This document shows, piece by piece, positions 7,836-17,335 of a stretch of 58,316 nucleotides of DNA. This DNA is from a virus (taxonomy: Duplodnaviria; Caudoviricetes): positions 1 to 58,316 of IMG/VR virus record IMGVR_UViG_3300043449_000381; one strand, 5' to 3'. The position numbers and the translations under genes are program-made. Below the pieces are notes generated by a model that made no database searches, was not told the DNA's origin, and was given only the letters and a program-made list of their open reading frames with translations. Within the stretch, counting starts at the first letter, position 1. The number at the start of each line of letters is the position of its first letter.

Positions 7836-8000
7836 TTATTCAGCTTTCAGAATGTGCATTAGTAGCAGGGCGGTGAAGAACCCGCCGGTGAAGACCATCG
7901 CTAACCACAAGTAGCCAACATCTTCGTGGCTCATGCTCAATCCCCCGTAGGTCATACCTGCTGCCATCAGGGTCAGTGCTGCTGTGAATGACTTGTCCAT
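7836..8000 (-). CDS. small two-helix membrane protein
   Basis: Manual translation MDKSFTAALTLMAAGMTYGGLSM...YLWLAMVFTGGFFTALLLMHIL; AGGAG RBS. Confidence 0.7.
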   Translation of the reverse strand: MDKSFTAALTLMAAGMTYGGLSMSHEDVGYLWLAMVFTGGFFTALLLMHILKAE

Positions 8001-8044
8001 GTTGCGTTCTCCTAGTTGTGGGGGGCATGCGCCCCCCGTTTGGT

Positions 8045-8290
8045 TTAGATGTCCAACTCGCGTTGCGGATTCCAGTACTTGTTCACCATCGCCTCGGCTG
8101 GGTAGCCTTGGATACCTTGGAACGACAGGGCGAAGATCACTATGTTGCGTGATGTCCTACCCTTGTCCTCCTTCAAAAGGTTGATTACCTTCTTGAACTT
8201 CTTGCTGCCGAGCCAGTCCTTGCAGTCGGCAATGGCTTGCGCTTGTGCTTGCTCCGGTAAGGACAGGTCATATTCGATGTTGTATGACAT
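8045..8290 (-). CDS. early hypothetical protein
   Basis: 81-aa ORF, AAGGAG RBS, first gene after the promoter at 8340-8367. Confidence 0.75.
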   Translation of the reverse strand: MSYNIEYDLSLPEQAQAQAIADCKDWLGSKKFKKVINLLKEDKGRTSRNIVIFALSFQGIQGYPAEAMVNKYWNPQRELDI

Positions 8291-8311
8291 TGCGTTTCTC
8301 CTTATGAGTTA

Positions 8312-8367
8312 GTCGATCTGTACTGCATCGACAGAACAAATTCTACCTAACCCTAGCTATAAGTCAA
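8312..8367 (-). promoter_or_regulatory. sigma70-type promoter plus repeated 5' leader hairpin
   Basis: TTGACT-16 nt-TAGAAT, preceded by TGAAAC as in the 7054 and 7729 promoters. Confidence 0.75.
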
Positions 8368-8520
8368 GTTTCAGCCCCTATTCGACCCCACTACCCCCCG
8401 ACCAACCAAACTAGAACTGGGACTCCTTGGCCGCGCTAAACACTTAACAACACACAAATAGCGCACTATTTTTTCAAAGTCAGGTATAGTCCCCACTAAT
8501 AGGTAATTACTGGAGGGTAT

Positions 8521-9024
8521 ATGGAAGGTAGAAAATTTAATCGCCTCACCGTTGTTGGGCTGCATAGCAAAGACGCAAATTACAATAAACGCTGGCTATG
8601 CCAATGTGATTGCGGTAATACCGCTGTGGTGCTCGGAGATAAGCTGCGGTCTGGAAATACACAGTCTTGTGGGTGCTATGGGAGAGAGTTGCGTGCTGCT
8701 GCGCAACATACAGCGGATATAGAACGTAGGGATTACACAAAAAAGTCATGGACCGCCATGATTGGAAGATGCACAAACCCACGTTATCCAAGCTATCCAC
8801 GTTACGGCGGTAGCGGCATAACTGTATGTGACCGATGGCGTTTTGGGGAAAATGGGGTATCTGGTTGGCTGTGTTTCTTTAGCGATATGGGGCCGAAACC
8901 AACAGGATTTTCGATTGACCGGATAGACAACGCCAAAGGTTACAGCCTCGATAATTGCAGATGGGCGTCGAGGGAACAGCAGAGTGAAAACCGAACAAAG
9001 ACGTATAGAAAACGCAGTAAGTAG
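8521..9024 (+). CDS. HNH homing endonuclease-like protein
   Basis: WLCQCDCG...TQSCGC, YGGSGITVCDRW, SIDRIDNAKGYSLDNCRWA; GGAGG RBS. Confidence 0.85.
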   Translation: MEGRKFNRLTVVGLHSKDANYNKRWLCQCDCGNTAVVLGDKLRSGNTQSCGCYGRELRAAAQHTADIERRDYTKKSWTAMIGRCTNPRYPSYPRYGGSGITVCDRWRFGENGVSGWLCFFSDMGPKPTGFSIDRIDNAKGYSLDNCRWASREQQSENRTKTYRKRSK

Positions 9025-9104
9025 ACCCCCACCCCCTCATATATACAAACACCCCCCCATGTTTGTCTGGTTCCATACCCAATTTTTTTGTATACTCCGC
9101 AAAT

Positions 9105-9698
9105 ATGCAAACTATCGTCCCTCACATTGACGAGAACATTTCGCTTCCAGCGAACGCTGCTGAAGCGTTGCCAGACTTGTCAGTGCATGAAGAGTTGGAT
9201 ATGCGAGCGCGGACTGTTAAGTTGTTGTCTGACTTGACAGGCGAGCCGATTGAGCCTACGCAAGAAGACCAAGACCAAGCCACTACGCTTGCACGGCAGA
9301 TGATGCAGGACCCGCAGTTGCGTCCTGACTTTGCCAAATATCCGAATGAGGTGATGGCCTATCTTGCAGGGATGGTTGCTCAGACCAACTGCATGCTGGT
9401 CGATGAGCTATCTGATCTGAAGCTCTACGTGGTCAACAAACTCATCTATGAAGTCGAGCATGCCAAGAGTGCAAAAGAGCGTATCTCCGCTCTGACCAAG
9501 CTTGGTGAAATCGATGGCGTAGACGCCTTCAAGAAGCGCACCGAGATGACTGTCAAAGTGCAGTCCATCGAAGAGGTTGAAAAAGAACTGCTTACCGTAC
9601 TGGATGATATCGAGTACAGCGTCGTCGAAACTCCAGCAGAAGAAGATGGGTCAGGAGACTCATTTTCGGATGAAGACGAATGCACCTCCCCCAACTGA
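9105..9698 (+). CDS. putative terminase small subunit
   Basis: Directly upstream of and overlapping terL; helical, about 197 aa; start at ATG 9105 is uncertain. Confidence 0.55.
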   Translation: MQTIVPHIDENISLPANAAEALPDLSVHEELDMRARTVKLLSDLTGEPIEPTQEDQDQATTLARQMMQDPQLRPDFAKYPNEVMAYLAGMVAQTNCMLVDELSDLKLYVVNKLIYEVEHAKSAKERISALTKLGEIDGVDAFKKRTEMTVKVQSIEEVEKELLTVLDDIEYSVVETPAEEDGSGDSFSDEDECTSPN

Positions 9699-11197
9699 CC
9701 CCACGGGACTTGGCCAAGCTCCGCGCAGCGTTGCCAACGATGCCGGAGAAGAAAAAACGCCAGACAGCTGCCCTTCTGAAGGCATATAAGGAGCAGATGG
9801 TACGCGAGGGTGCCAAATACTCCTTCCTAGACTTCGTCAAACACGTCTATCCGGGGTACAAAGTCGGCCCTCATCACAAGAAATTGGCCGAAATCTTTGA
9901 AGACATCGCCGCTGGCAAGAAAAAACGGGTGATTGTCAATATTGCACCGCGTCATGGCAAGTCAGAATTGATCAGTTACCTCGCTCCGGCGTGGTTTTTG
10001 GGCAAATATCCGCACAAAAAGGTCATTATGGCCTCACATACTGCAGATTTGGCGGTCAATTTCGGTCGTAGGGTGCGAAATCTGGTCGGATCGGACCCTT
10101 ACAAGGACGTTTTCCCGCAAGTTGAGCTGCAAGCGGACTCAAAATCGGCCTCTCGCTGGGGTACGAACTTTCAAGGCGAGTATTTTGCCATCGGTGTGGG
10201 TGGTGCGCTGGCCGGACGCGGTGCAGACCTGTTCATCATTGACGATCCACACTCCGAACAAGAGGCAAAACAGGGTCGGGCGGACGTGTTTGAGCCAGCG
10301 TGGGAGTGGTTTCAGTCTGGTCCGATACAGCGTCTGATGCCGGGGGGTGCGATCATCGTCGTGATGACCCGCTGGTCTAAATTGGACCTCACCGGCAAGA
10401 TCATCGACCACATGGTCAAAAACGACGACGCCGACGAGTGGGAGGTGGTGGAGTTTCCGGCCATACTGAACGACGAGCCGCTGTGGCCAGAGTTCTGGCC
10501 CATCGAGGAATTGATGGCCAAACGTGCCGGTATGGACCCCCGGTACTGGCAAGCACAGTATATGCAGGACCCGACCTCGGAAGAGGGTGCACTCATCAAG
10601 CGTGAGTGGTGGCAGGTCTGGGAGAAGGACGACCCGCCGCAGTGCGAGTTCACAATCATGGCCCTTGACGCTGCACAAGAAAAAACAAACAGGGCAGACT
10701 ATAATGCCTTGACAACGTGGGGCGTCTTCTTCAATGAAGAGGTAAACAACTACAATATCATCCTGCTCAATTCGATCAAGAAGCGCATGGAGTTTCCTGA
10801 TTTGAAAGAATTGGTGTTTCAGGAGTACAAAGAGTGGGAGCCTGACTCTTTCATTGTGGAGAAGAAGTCTAACGGGTCAGCGTTGTACCAAGAGATGCGG
10901 CGCATGGGTTTTCCTGTCGGTGAGTTCACACCGGGCAAGGGGCAGGACAAGATTGCACGAGTCAACTCAGTGGCTGATTTGTTCAGGTCCGGGATCGTGT
11001 GGGCACCGGACACCCGTTGGGCACGGGAGGTTGTTGAGGAGTGTAACGACTTCCCAAGCGGGTCGAATGATGACTTGGTTGACTCGACGACGCTTGCGTT
11101 GATGCGTTTCAGGCAGGGTGGTTTTATACGGCTACCGAGCGATGAACCGGACGAACCTAAGTTTTTCAAGTCACGGCGACACGCTGGATACTACTAA
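9680..11197 (+). CDS. terL: terminase large subunit
   Basis: APRHGKS Walker A, IIDDPH Walker B, MTRW coupling motif, C-terminal DDLVDS nuclease motif. Confidence 0.95.
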   Translation: MHLPQLTPRDLAKLRAALPTMPEKKKRQTAALLKAYKEQMVREGAKYSFLDFVKHVYPGYKVGPHHKKLAEIFEDIAAGKKKRVIVNIAPRHGKSELISYLAPAWFLGKYPHKKVIMASHTADLAVNFGRRVRNLVGSDPYKDVFPQVELQADSKSASRWGTNFQGEYFAIGVGGALAGRGADLFIIDDPHSEQEAKQGRADVFEPAWEWFQSGPIQRLMPGGAIIVVMTRWSKLDLTGKIIDHMVKNDDADEWEVVEFPAILNDEPLWPEFWPIEELMAKRAGMDPRYWQAQYMQDPTSEEGALIKREWWQVWEKDDPPQCEFTIMALDAAQEKTNRADYNALTTWGVFFNEEVNNYNIILLNSIKKRMEFPDLKELVFQEYKEWEPDSFIVEKKSNGSALYQEMRRMGFPVGEFTPGKGQDKIARVNSVADLFRSGIVWAPDTRWAREVVEECNDFPSGSNDDLVDSTTLALMRFRQGGFIRLPSDEPDEPKFFKSRRHAGYY

Positions 11198-11206
11198 GGA
11201 CACATC

Positions 11207-13666
11207 ATGGCAGTTGACAAAGCACTGTATCAAGCTCCGCAAGGGTTGGAGTCGCTCACTGAAGAGCCGGACATCGAGATTGAGATCGAGAACCCTGACG
11301 CTGTTGACATAAAGATGGACGGTCTTGAGGTTGAGATCAGGCCGGGTGAAGAGGGTGATTTTGGTCGGAACTTGGCCGAAGAGATGGACTCCTCGACGCT
11401 AACGACGCTGGCGTCTGAATTGCTGGCGGACTTTGACTCGGATGTCAACGCCCGGAAAGACTGGCTCAGTACCTACGTCAAGGGCCTGAAGCTGCTGGGT
11501 CTGGACTATGACGAGCGTACCGAGCCGTGGGCAGGGGCGTGTGGGGTGTACCACCCGATCCTGATGGAGAGTGCGGTCAAGTTCCAGTCCGAGACGATCA
11601 TGGAGACTTTCCCTGCGATGGGGCCGGTCAAGACGCACATCGTTGGTAAAGAGACGCCCGAGAAGAAAGACGCAGCGACGCGGGTGGCGGACGACATGAA
11701 CTACCAGCTCACCGAGGTCATGCGTGAGTACCGCCCCGAGCATGAGCGCATGCTGATTAGCTTGTGCCTGTCGGGTAACGCGTTCAAGAAAATTTACTTT
11801 GACCCCAGCCTTGGCCGTCAGACGGCGGTGTTCATCACGGCTGAGGACATCGTCGTGCCATACGGTGCGAAGAACTTGGAGGATGCCGAGCGGGTTACGC
11901 ACCGCATGCGCAAGACCAAGAACGAGCTGCGAAAGCTCCAAGTTGCTGGGTTCTACCTAGATGTAGACCTTGGCGACCCGATCCGTACGATGGATGAGGT
12001 AACAAAGCAAAAGGACACCGAGACTGGGCTGTCTGCCACGATGGATGACCGGTTCCAGCTGCTGGAGATGCACGTTGACCTTGATCTTGAGGGGTATGAG
12101 GACACGGATAAGGATGGTCCGACCGGCATCGCTCTGCCCTACGTTGTGACGATTGAGAAGGGCACGCAGACAGTACTGGCGGTGCGACGCAACTGGCTGG
12201 AGGGCGACAAACTTAAAGCCAAGCGCCAGCACTTCGTACACTATGGATACATCCCCGGCTTTGGTTTTTACTACTTCGGCTTGATTCACTTGATCGGAGG
12301 CCACGCCAAGGCTGCTACGTCGCTCATGCGTCAGCTGGTCGATGCTGGTACGCTGGCTAACTTGCCGGGGGGTTTGAAGACTCGCGGGATGCGTATCAAG
12401 GGGGATGACACTCCCATCGCTCCGGGTGAGTTTAGAGACGTGGACATCCCCTCGGGGGCCATGCGCGACAACATCCTGCCGCTGCCGTACAAGGAGCCGA
12501 GCCAAGTCTTGGTTCAGCTGATGGACAAGATTGTCGAGGATGGGCGTCGCTTTGCTGCTGTGGCTGATCTGAAGATCAGCGACACCTCCGCACAGTCGCC
12601 GGTGGGCACGACCCTTGCTGTGTTGGAGCGGATGCTAAAAGTAATGAGTGCGGTTCAGGCTCGCATCTACTACACGATGAAGCAAGAGTTCCGGCTGCTG
12701 GCGGAGATCATCAAGGACAACACCCCGGATGAGTACAGCTACGAGCCGGAGGTTGGCTCGCGCATGGCCAAGAAGTCTGACTACGACCAGACTGACATCC
12801 TGCCGGTGTCTGATCCCAACGCCTCAACCATGAGCCAACGGGTGGTGCAGTACCAAGCAGTGCTCCAGCTCTCCCAGACTGCGCCTCAGATATACGACCT
12901 GCCCGTGTTGCATCGTCAGATGATTGAGACGCTGGGGGTGAAGAACGCGGCCAAGATCGTGCCGATGCCTACGGATATGACGCCGGTTGACCCTGTGACC
13001 GAGAACATGAACGTGATGCGTGGCAAGCCGGTCAAGGCGTTCCTGTACCAAGATCATGAGGCGCACTTGGCTGTTCACATGTCTGCGATGCGCGACCCCA
13101 AGCTTGCTGCCATCATGGGCCAGAACCCACAGGCACAGGCGATCATGGCTGCGGCACAGGCGCACATCATGGAGCACGTTGCGTTCCAGTACCGCAAGGA
13201 GATCGAGAAACAGCTTGGCGCTGCGCTGCCGCCTGAGCCGGATAAGGACGGTGAGCACACCCTGCCGCCGCAGGTCGAGGTTCAGCTCTCACAGCTGGCT
13301 GCACAGGCTGCTGCCAAGCTGCTCCAGAAAGACCAAGCTGAGGCTCAGATGCAGCAAGCACAGCAGCAGATGCAGGACCCGCTGGTGCAGATGCAGCAGA
13401 AAGAGCTTCAGATCAAGGAAGCTGAAGTCCAGCGCAAGGCTACGAAAGACAAGCTGGATGCGGCTGCTCGGGCTGATGAGATCAGAATCAGAGAAGCTGA
13501 AATGAACGCCAAGCAACAGCTGGAGGGCGTGCGGCTGGGCATCGAGGTGGCGAAAGCCAAAGATACCGCTCAACGTGATGATGAGCGCGAGGGTGTACGC
13601 ATGGGAATCGATATCGCCAAATCCAAGGCGCAGATGCAGTCCAACAAGGCCAAAACTAAGGAGTAA
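11207..13666 (+). CDS. portal protein
   Basis: 819 aa directly after terL; P22-like size with a Q-rich coiled-coil C-terminus. Confidence 0.85.
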   Translation: MAVDKALYQAPQGLESLTEEPDIEIEIENPDAVDIKMDGLEVEIRPGEEGDFGRNLAEEMDSSTLTTLASELLADFDSDVNARKDWLSTYVKGLKLLGLDYDERTEPWAGACGVYHPILMESAVKFQSETIMETFPAMGPVKTHIVGKETPEKKDAATRVADDMNYQLTEVMREYRPEHERMLISLCLSGNAFKKIYFDPSLGRQTAVFITAEDIVVPYGAKNLEDAERVTHRMRKTKNELRKLQVAGFYLDVDLGDPIRTMDEVTKQKDTETGLSATMDDRFQLLEMHVDLDLEGYEDTDKDGPTGIALPYVVTIEKGTQTVLAVRRNWLEGDKLKAKRQHFVHYGYIPGFGFYYFGLIHLIGGHAKAATSLMRQLVDAGTLANLPGGLKTRGMRIKGDDTPIAPGEFRDVDIPSGAMRDNILPLPYKEPSQVLVQLMDKIVEDGRRFAAVADLKISDTSAQSPVGTTLAVLERMLKVMSAVQARIYYTMKQEFRLLAEIIKDNTPDEYSYEPEVGSRMAKKSDYDQTDILPVSDPNASTMSQRVVQYQAVLQLSQTAPQIYDLPVLHRQMIETLGVKNAAKIVPMPTDMTPVDPVTENMNVMRGKPVKAFLYQDHEAHLAVHMSAMRDPKLAAIMGQNPQAQAIMAAAQAHIMEHVAFQYRKEIEKQLGAALPPEPDKDGEHTLPPQVEVQLSQLAAQAAAKLLQKDQAEAQMQQAQQQMQDPLVQMQQKELQIKEAEVQRKATKDKLDAAARADEIRIREAEMNAKQQLEGVRLGIEVAKAKDTAQRDDEREGVRMGIDIAKSKAQMQSNKAKTKE

Positions 13667-13668
13667 CG

Positions 13669-13863
13669 ATGGACCCAACGCTCCAGTATCTCCAAGACAA
13701 GCTCTTGGAAGAGCGCAAGGAAATAGAACAGTTCATCTCGCAAGGTTCGCTCAAGGACATTGCCGAGTATGCAAAGTTGTGCGGGGTCATTCAGGGTCTG
13801 GACCGCGCACTTGGTGTTATCTCAGACCTTGCAACCCGTATGGAGCATGAAGACGATGAGTGA
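13669..13863 (+). CDS. small hypothetical protein
   Basis: 64 aa, AAGGAG RBS, between portal and GroES-like gene. Confidence 0.7.
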   Translation: MDPTLQYLQDKLLEERKEIEQFISQGSLKDIAEYAKLCGVIQGLDRALGVISDLATRMEHEDDE

Positions 13864-14236
13864 TATTGATATTGATGCAACGCAACAAGAAGCGGAGGAG
13901 AAGGCAAAGCAGCTTCCCAAACCGAAAGGCTACCGGATACTTTGTATGGTTCCTCACATCGAGGCGAAGTATGAAGGTGGACTGATCAAGGCGGAAACAA
14001 CTGTCAACCGAGAGGAGCTGACCACGCAAGTACTGTTTGTGGTTGAGCTTGGTGACATGGCCTACAGCGACACGAATCGGTTCCCAACCGGCCCGTGGTG
14101 CAAGAAAGGCGACTTTGTTCTGACCCGTACGTACGCCGGAACCCGCATGAGGATTCATGACCGGGAATTCCGCATCATCAATGATGACACCGTAGAAGCC
14201 GTGGTCGAAGACCCGCGCGGCCTTTCTCACGCATAA
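13856..14236 (+). CDS. groES: GroES/Cpn10-like co-chaperonin
   Basis: PKGYRIL...EGGLI...VVELG...CKKGDFVL..YAGT.....EFRIINDDTVEAVV matches the Cpn10 pattern; start reassigned to ATG 13856. Confidence 0.8.
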   Translation: MSDIDIDATQQEAEEKAKQLPKPKGYRILCMVPHIEAKYEGGLIKAETTVNREELTTQVLFVVELGDMAYSDTNRFPTGPWCKKGDFVLTRTYAGTRMRIHDREFRIINDDTVEAVVEDPRGLSHA

Positions 14237-14246
14237 GGAGTGATTC

Positions 14247-15203
14247 ATGCCTGAAGCCTATAAATTTCCCGACGAGATCGAGGACAAAAAAGAATCCGAG
14301 CCGGTTGATACGCCGGAAGTTGAGATCGAGATCGTCGATGACACGCCTCCAGAAGACCGGGGTAAAGAGCCGCTTCCACAAGAAATAGTTAAAGAGTTGG
14401 AGGATGACAGCCTTGACGAATATTCGGAAAAGGTAAAGAAACGCCTGTCCCAGATGAAGAAAGTCTGGCACGACGAGCGTCGGGCCAAAGAAGCTGCTGC
14501 CCGTGAGCGCGAAGAAGCGTTCCGGGTGGCTCAGACCTACATTGAAGAAAATAAGCAATTAAAACAACGACTTGGAGTTGGAGAGAAGCTCTATGTCGAA
14601 GAGGCAACAAAGGGGGCAACGGCTGAGATTGCTGCCGCTAAAGCAAGGCTGAAACAGGCTTATGAGTCCGGCGATGCTGAACTGATCGCTGATGCTCAGG
14701 AAGCCATGACTGATGCCAAGTTCAAGCTGCGCGAATATCAGTCATTTAAACCCTCTTTACATGATGAAGAAAAGGGTGTACAAACCCGAACTGAACAGGC
14801 ACAAGTCCCACGACAAGTTGTTGATCCGAAAGCAGAAGCTTGGAGACAACGTAATACTTGGTTTGGCGCGGATGAGGAGATGACAGCCCTCGCACTTGGT
14901 CTGCATGAAAAGCTTGTCCGGTCTGGTGTTGATCCTACGAGTGAGGACTACTACCGCCGAGTGGATGAAACTATGAGGAAGCGATTCCCCGAAAATTTCG
15001 AGGAAGAGCGGACTCAAACGACGGAACAGGTTGACAAACCCGCTCCGCGCAGAGCAGCTAGTGTCGTGGCTCCAGCAACGCGAAGCACCGCGCCTATGAA
15101 AGTGCGATTGACGCAAACACAGCTGGCCTTGGCTAAGAAGTGGAACCTAACGCCAGAACAGTATGCGAAAGAAGTTATCAAATTGGAGAACAACAATGGC
15201 TGA
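14247..15203 (+). CDS. putative capsid scaffolding protein
   Basis: Acidic N-terminus, long coiled coil, C-terminal LTxxQxxLAKKWNLTPEQYAK helix-turn-helix; lies between portal and capsid. Confidence 0.7.
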   Translation: MPEAYKFPDEIEDKKESEPVDTPEVEIEIVDDTPPEDRGKEPLPQEIVKELEDDSLDEYSEKVKKRLSQMKKVWHDERRAKEAAAREREEAFRVAQTYIEENKQLKQRLGVGEKLYVEEATKGATAEIAAAKARLKQAYESGDAELIADAQEAMTDAKFKLREYQSFKPSLHDEEKGVQTRTEQAQVPRQVVDPKAEAWRQRNTWFGADEEMTALALGLHEKLVRSGVDPTSEDYYRRVDETMRKRFPENFEEERTQTTEQVDKPAPRRAASVVAPATRSTAPMKVRLTQTQLALAKKWNLTPEQYAKEVIKLENNNG

Positions 15204-15657
15204 AAATCGTCTCGCTCGTGAGTTGGAAAGTAGAGAAACCACACAGCGCAAACAATCATGGGCACCGCCTAGTCTTCTTCCTGACCCGGTACCGTCTGCG
15301 GATTGGAAGTTTAGGTGGATTCGGACAAGCGTCACAGGTCAAGCTGACCCGATGAATGTCTCGGCCAAACTTCGGGAGATGTGGGTCCCTGTGAAAGCAG
15401 AAGACCACCCGGAACTGCAACTGTATAACGACCCGACGTCAACGAGCCGGTTCAAAGGCAACATTGAAGTTGGGGGATTGCTGTTGTGCAAAGCCCCACG
15501 CAACATGGTTGAGGAACGGAACTCGTACTTCGCGAACCAGACCCAATCACAGCTTGAGGCGGTGGATAACACAATGATGCGTCAAAGTGACCCCCGGATG
15601 AACACGCTCTTCAAGGAGCGTAAGTCTTCGGTGTCGTTTGGGCGCGGTACTACATAA
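15196..15657 (+). CDS. conserved head-module hypothetical protein
   Basis: MAENRLARELES..., GGAG RBS; start reassigned to 15196. Confidence 0.7.
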   Translation: MAENRLARELESRETTQRKQSWAPPSLLPDPVPSADWKFRWIRTSVTGQADPMNVSAKLREMWVPVKAEDHPELQLYNDPTSTSRFKGNIEVGGLLLCKAPRNMVEERNSYFANQTQSQLEAVDNTMMRQSDPRMNTLFKERKSSVSFGRGTT

Positions 15658-15675
15658 CCCTTTTAGGAGTTCCAC

Positions 15676-16290
15676 ATGGCATATCCGACTATCGACAAGC
15701 CTTACGGCTTTCGTCCGGTCAATTTGCTGGGCGGTCAGGTATTTGCGGGGTCAACCCGTCAGATTCCTATTGCCTCTGGCCACGCCACCAACATTTACTT
15801 TGGTGACCTCGTGGTTATGAGCGCAAACGGCTGCGTCAACAATGCGACCAGCACCACCTCGGGCAACGACTTCCTTGGCGTTTTCATGGGTTGCTCGTAT
15901 ATCAACACTCTGGGCCAGCGTACGTACTCGCAGTACTACCCGCAGACCATCAGCCAAACGGCTGATACTGCCAACGGTACTACGGCTTACATTTGCGATG
16001 ATCCTGATGTAGTAATGCGCGTCGCCGTTGTTTCCGGTACGACCGTGGTTGCACAAGCTACCCGTGCAAACTTGGTTGGCGGAAACATCGCATGGGTTGC
16101 CAATACCGGCAGTACCATCACTGGTGATTCGCAGCAAGCTGTGCTGAATTCGGCGCAAACCACTTCGACTCTTCCTATCAAGATTATCGACGTTGTGCCT
16201 GACACTGCACCGGCTGCTGGGTCGTTCGTTGAGGTTCTGGTTACTTGGAACCAAAACGTACATTTGTATCGTAGCTGGACTGGCGTATAA
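15676..16290 (+). CDS. putative capsid decoration/minor head protein
   Basis: Beta-rich T/G/A composition, immediately upstream of the major capsid gene. Confidence 0.6.
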   Translation: MAYPTIDKPYGFRPVNLLGGQVFAGSTRQIPIASGHATNIYFGDLVVMSANGCVNNATSTTSGNDFLGVFMGCSYINTLGQRTYSQYYPQTISQTADTANGTTAYICDDPDVVMRVAVVSGTTVVAQATRANLVGGNIAWVANTGSTITGDSQQAVLNSAQTTSTLPIKIIDVVPDTAPAAGSFVEVLVTWNQNVHLYRSWTGV

Positions 16291-16301
16291 GGGGCTAACA
16301 C

Positions 16302-17210
16302 ATGGCTATTTCACGCGCACAACTACTGAAAGAGCTACTCCCCGGCCTGAACGCCTTGTTCGGTCTGGAGTACAACAAGTACGGCGAAGAGCACAAGGAA
16401 ATCTACGAAACCGAGACTTCCGAGCGTTCGTTTGAAGAAGAAACCAAGCTGTCCGGTTTCTCTGCTGCGCCGGTTAAGGCGGAAGGCAATGCCATTGCTT
16501 ATGACAATGCGCAAGAAGCTTGGACCGCTCGTTACCAGCACGAAACCATTGCTCTGGGTTTCTCTATCACCGAAGAGGCGATGGAAGACAACCTGTATGA
16601 CAGCCTGTCGGCTCGTTATACCAAGGCTCTGGCCCGTGCTATGGCTTACACCAAGCAGGTTAAAGCAGCCGCAGTGCTGAACAACGGCTTCACCGCTGGT
16701 TATACCGGTGGCGACGGCAAAGTTCTGTTTGCAACTGATCACCCGCTGGTGTCTGGTGGCACGAACAGCAACACCCAGTCGACGATGGCTGATCTGAACG
16801 AGACTTCTCTGGAAGCCGCCGTTATTCAGATCGCCGGTTGGACCGACGAACGTGGTCTGCTGATCGCTGCCAAGCCGCGTAAGCTGGTTGTTCCGCCGAA
16901 CCTGATGTTCGTTGCGACCCGTCTGCTCGAAACCGAGCTGCGTGTTAGCACCAACAACAACGACATCAACGCTCTGAAGAACAACGGCTCGATCCCGGAA
17001 GGCTACAGTGTCAACCACTTCTTGACTGACACCAATGGCTACTTCCTGATGACCGACGTTCCGAATGGTCTGAAGCACTTCGTCCGCACCCCGCTGTCTA
17101 ACAGCATGGACGGCGACTTCGACACCGGTAACGTTCGTTACAAGAGCCGTGAGCGTTACAGCTTCGGCTGGTCTGATCCGTTGGGCGCTTGGGGTTCACA
17201 AGGCGCGTAA
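16302..17210 (+). CDS. major capsid protein (Mu gpT-like, HK97 fold)
   Basis: MAISRAQLLKELLPGLNALFG..., GGDGKVLFATDHP, PRKLVVPP, RERYSFGWSDP; strong codon bias; followed by a terminator. Confidence 0.9.
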   Translation: MAISRAQLLKELLPGLNALFGLEYNKYGEEHKEIYETETSERSFEEETKLSGFSAAPVKAEGNAIAYDNAQEAWTARYQHETIALGFSITEEAMEDNLYDSLSARYTKALARAMAYTKQVKAAAVLNNGFTAGYTGGDGKVLFATDHPLVSGGTNSNTQSTMADLNETSLEAAVIQIAGWTDERGLLIAAKPRKLVVPPNLMFVATRLLETELRVSTNNNDINALKNNGSIPEGYSVNHFLTDTNGYFLMTDVPNGLKHFVRTPLSNSMDGDFDTGNVRYKSRERYSFGWSDPLGAWGSQGA

Positions 17211-17216
17211 CACAGG

Positions 17217-17250
17217 CGGGGGGCGTAAAAACCCCCCGTTTTTTATTTTT
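17217..17250 (+). terminator. rho-independent terminator
   Basis: CGGGGGG-CGTAAAAA-CCCCCCG followed by a T-rich run. Confidence 0.8.
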
Positions 17251-17268
17251 GGTGTATGCTGCAAATAT

Positions 17269-17335
17269 CTGGGATTTTGACCTGTATCGACTGCCCCAGC
17301 AGACTTAGTAGAGACGATACGGGCATGTGCTACTA
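17269..17335 (+). ncRNA. pseudoknotted structured RNA candidate, positionally matching the Mu-gpT-DE motif
   Basis: Three crossing pairings: CTGGG 17269-73 with CCCAG 17295-99; CCTGTATCG 17281-89 with CGATACGGG 17315-23; TAGTAG 17306-11 with CTACTA 17330-35. Confidence 0.6.

Noticed and set aside
16335-17078. 247-aa antisense ORF over the capsid gene, and similar shadow ORFs over portal, terminase and polymerase
   Set aside because: Expected by-product of codon bias on the coding strand; no RBS or protein motifs.
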